NCBI GenBank assembly: GCA_024233975.1 | Contig: JACKOX010000005.1 | Location: 28,716 to 92,715, forward strand | DNA: 64,000 bases | Source: Rhodanobacteraceae bacterium | Lineage (GTDB): Bacteria > Pseudomonadota > Gammaproteobacteria > Xanthomonadales > Xanthomonadaceae | Direction of reading: 5' to 3' | Shown: one piece after another, positions 61,555-64,000 of the stretch | Position numbering within the stretch: the stretch's first letter is position 1 | Layout of the letters: each line of letters opens with the position of its first letter | The notes under the pieces: model-generated | Told to the model about the DNA's origin: nothing | Seen by the model: only the letters and a program-made list of their open reading frames with translations | Databases searched by the model: none | Made by a program: the position numbers and the translations under genes

Positions 61555-61865
61555 CCCTCATGCACATGACGATTGCCCCAATGACCATCACGCCGCAATG
61601 GCTGCTGACCTCGCTGCTGTTTGCCGTGCTCGGCGCGCTGCTCGGCTGGCTGTTCTTCGCCGCGCTGCGGCGGAGCAGTGAGGGGCTGGTCGATGGCGCG
61701 GGCGCAGGGCGCATCGTGGCGCTCGGAGTGTTTCGTCTGTTGCTGGCGTTGGGCCTGTTTGGCGCCGCAGTGCAGTTTGGCGCGGTGCCGCTGCTGGCGG
61801 CGCTGCTGGGTTTCACATTGGCACGCATCATCACGGTACGGGCCGTGAAAGGCGATCGCGCGTGA
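61551..61865 (+). CDS. atpR: AtpR (N-ATPase-specific small membrane subunit)
   Basis: 104 aa, hydrophobic with Arg residues embedded near or within the TM segments (FFAALRRS, GVFRLLLA, TLARIITVR). Position between atpQ and atpB. Confidence 0.6.
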   Translation: MTLMHMTIAPMTITPQWLLTSLLFAVLGALLGWLFFAALRRSSEGLVDGAGAGRIVALGVFRLLLALGLFGAAVQFGAVPLLAALLGFTLARIITVRAVKGDRA

Positions 61866-62566
61866 AGCCGTCGCCGCTCGATAACCCGGTGATCTGGCAG
61901 CTCGGCCCCGTGCCCGTCACGCGGCCGGTCGTCACCACCTGGGCTATCATGGGGGTGCTGGCACTGGTGGCCTGGCTGATCACGCGGCGACTGCGACCTG
62001 ACCCCGCGCGACCGCAGATGCTGCTCGAGCTGATCGTCAGCGTGATCCAGGAGCAGATCGAGGCCATCACCCAGCGACCGGCGCGCAACCTGCTGCCGCT
62101 GGTCGCGACCCTGTTCGTATTCATCACCACGGCCAATCTCAGTGGCCTGCTGCCGGGCGTGCAGTCACCCACCGGCGCACTGGAAACCACGGCGGCACTG
62201 GCGGTGATCGTGTTCTTCTCGGTGCACTATTTCGGCATACGCGCCCGCGGCTGGCGTGGGCACTTGGCCAGCTTCGCGCAGCCGAAATGGATGATGTTGC
62301 CGCTGAACCTGCTGGCCGAGGTCACGCGCACGCTGGCGCTGTCGGTGCGCCTGTTCGGCAACGTGATGAGTGGCGAATTCGTGATCGCCATGGTCGCGGC
62401 GTTGGCCGGCCTGCTGGTGCCGATCCCATTCATGGCGCTGGAGCTGCTGGTTGGCGTGATCCAGGCCTATATCTTCACCGTGCTGGCCACCGTGTTCATC
62501 GGTGCGGCGGTCAGCGGCATCGAAAGTGGCGATGCCGCCGCGGTCGACAAAACCCCATCCCGATAA
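61862..62566 (+). CDS. atpB: N-type ATPase a subunit
   Basis: 234 aa. Conserved stator Arg context LSVRLFGNVMSGE. Confidence 0.85.
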   Translation: MKPSPLDNPVIWQLGPVPVTRPVVTTWAIMGVLALVAWLITRRLRPDPARPQMLLELIVSVIQEQIEAITQRPARNLLPLVATLFVFITTANLSGLLPGVQSPTGALETTAALAVIVFFSVHYFGIRARGWRGHLASFAQPKWMMLPLNLLAEVTRTLALSVRLFGNVMSGEFVIAMVAALAGLLVPIPFMALELLVGVIQAYIFTVLATVFIGAAVSGIESGDAAAVDKTPSR

Positions 62567-62579
62567 CGACGGAGGCCCC

Positions 62580-62822
62580 ATGGATGTACAACTCATCAGC
62601 CTGATCGGCGCCGCGTTCACCGTTTCCTTCGGCGCGCTGGGTCCGGCGCTGGCCGAAGGACGTTCGGTGGCGGCGGCAATGGACGCCATCGCCCGACAGC
62701 CGGAAGCCGCGGGAACGATTTCGCGCACCCTGTTCGTTGGCCTGGCGATGATCGAGACCACCGCCATCTACTGCCTGGTGGTGGCGCTGCTGCTGCTCTA
62801 CGCCAACCCCTACACGGGCTGA
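62580..62822 (+). CDS. atpE: N-type ATPase c subunit
   Basis: 80 aa hairpin. Loop ARQPEA. Helix-2 MIETTAIYCLVVALLLLYANPY. Helix-1 Glu in PALAEG. Confidence 0.9.
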   Translation: MDVQLISLIGAAFTVSFGALGPALAEGRSVAAAMDAIARQPEAAGTISRTLFVGLAMIETTAIYCLVVALLLLYANPYTG

Positions 62823-62824
62823 CC

Positions 62825-63577
62825 ATGCACTTCGACGTCTGGACCTTCGGGTTGCAGCTGATCAACTTCATCATCCTGGTGTGGTTGTTGCAGCGCTTCC
62901 TGTATCGCCCGGTGCTACGCCTGCTGGACCAGCGCCGCCAGGCGACCGAGCAGCAGGTCGCGGCGGCGGCCGAGGCGCGGGCGAAAGCCGAGCAGGCATT
63001 GGCCGATCTCAACGCCGAGCGCGCCGGCATCGAGTCCGAACGACAGGCTGTGCTGGAAAAGGCGTCGGCACAGGCCGAGAAGGCGGCGACCGAACGCCGC
63101 CAGCGCGCCGAGGCCGATGCCCAACAGCTGCTGGCGGAGGGTCGCAAGACGCTGGATGAGGAGCGTCGCCAGGCCGAGCTGCACACGCGCGAAGCGGCAC
63201 TCGATCTGGGCGGTGACATCGCGCGGCGCCTGCTGGCCGAACTGCCGGAAGGACTTCGCGCCGACGCCTGGCTGGGCAGTATCGAAAAGCACCTGCAAGG
63301 CCTCGAACCTCCCCGCCGCGAGGCGCTTGCACACAGTCTTGATGGTGGCTCGCTGCGCGTGGTGACCGCCAACGAACTGCCGACCGCCACCCGTCAGCAA
63401 TGGCAGTCGCGGTTGTTGGCGGCGTTGGGCGTACAGTGCCCGGTGACGTTCGAGACCGATCCCGCCCTGATCGCGGGCTGCGAGCTGCATTTCCCGGATG
63501 CGGTGCTGCACTTCTCCTGGCGCAAGGCGCTGGCCGCCCTGCGCGAAGGCATCGGGCACGATGACGACGCTCACTGA
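62825..63577 (+). CDS. atpF: N-type ATPase b subunit (long form; no separate delta gene)
   Basis: One N-terminal TM. Long Ala/Glu/Arg coiled coil. Extended C-terminal domain. Confidence 0.75.
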   Translation: MHFDVWTFGLQLINFIILVWLLQRFLYRPVLRLLDQRRQATEQQVAAAAEARAKAEQALADLNAERAGIESERQAVLEKASAQAEKAATERRQRAEADAQQLLAEGRKTLDEERRQAELHTREAALDLGGDIARRLLAELPEGLRADAWLGSIEKHLQGLEPPRREALAHSLDGGSLRVVTANELPTATRQQWQSRLLAALGVQCPVTFETDPALIAGCELHFPDAVLHFSWRKALAALREGIGHDDDAH

Positions 63578-64000
63578 TTCCCTCCAGGACTGGCTGGAGC
63601 GAAGTCGCGAGCAGGTCGATCAACTCGCGCTGCATCCATCGTTGGAACCCGTGGGCCGTGTGCTGCGCACCGGCGACGGCGTTGCCACGCTGGCCGGTCT
63701 TCCCGCGCTGCGCCTAGATGAACTGGTGTATTTCGAGAACGGCGTGACCGGCATCGTCGTCGATCTCGGCGCCGAGGAAGTGGGCTGCGTGCTGCTCGAC
63801 GATGCCACGGCCGTCAGTGCTGGCAGCGTGGCGCGCGGCAGTGGTGGCGTGATGCAGGTGCCGGTTGGCGAGGCCCTGCTGGGTCGCGTGGTCGATGCAC
63901 TGGGCCGACCGCTGGATGACGCTGGTCCCGTTCGCGCGTCCGACTTCGCGCCGGTGGAGCAGCCAGCGCCGGAGATCGTGGATCGCGATCTGGTGACCCA
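63561..64000 (+). CDS. atpA: N-type ATPase alpha subunit, N-terminal ~146 aa (continues beyond the window)
   Basis: Not in the ORF track because it has no stop. ATG 63561 gives MTTLTDSLQDWLE...VGRVLRTGDGVATLAGLP...GIVVDLGAEEVGCVLL...VPVGEALLGRVVDALGRPLD, a typical alpha N-terminal beta-barrel. Confidence 0.85.
   Translation, partial: MTTLTDSLQDWLERSREQVDQLALHPSLEPVGRVLRTGDGVATLAGLPALRLDELVYFENGVTGIVVDLGAEEVGCVLLDDATAVSAGSVARGSGGVMQVPVGEALLGRVVDALGRPLDDAGPVRASDFAPVEQPAPEIVDRDLVT

Overview
This is a high-GC chromosomal segment from a gammaproteobacterium. Gene content and order point to Xanthomonadales (Rhodanobacteraceae or Xanthomonadaceae-like); that assignment is inferred, not searched. 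About 60 protein genes, 4 tRNAs, one IS element and one riboswitch can be supported.

The backbone is housekeeping DNA with classic conserved orders:
- ftsK-lolA-rarA-serS
- sdhCDAB with assembly factors
- lolC/lolD, then comEC-exbBD-msbA-lpxK-kdsB-ptp
- uvrC-pgsA-tRNAGly-tRNACys-tRNALeu

Accessory or unusual content interrupts this backbone:
- An IS30-family element next to an AT-rich scar between ftsK and lolA.
- A secreted beta-helix (CSLREA-type) protein inserted between lolA and rarA.
- A fluoride riboswitch controlling crcB-DUF190.
- A tight operon encoding an amicyanin-like cupredoxin, a periplasmic-sensor degenerate-GGDEF/EAL protein and an orphan outer membrane protein (OMP).
- A low-GC islet beside tRNA-Val encoding an MMP-like metzincin and a small periplasmic partner.
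- A thioester-type alpha-2-macroglobulin paired with PBP1C.
- A complete-looking N-type ATPase operon (beta-epsilon-Q-R-a-c-b-alpha) running off the 3' end.

I found no CRISPR array, prophage or recognisable anti-phage defence island. The best candidates for under-described biology are:
- the cupredoxin/c-di-GMP/OMP operon;
- the metzincin islet;
- a short IFxDGFE-like motif at the termini of three unrelated secreted proteins;
- the expanded sdh cluster, which includes a 58-codon DUF1674 ORF absent from the supplied ORF track.

All family assignments come from motif reading by eye and need HMM or BLAST confirmation. Many long ORFs antisense to real genes are high-GC artefacts and were ignored.
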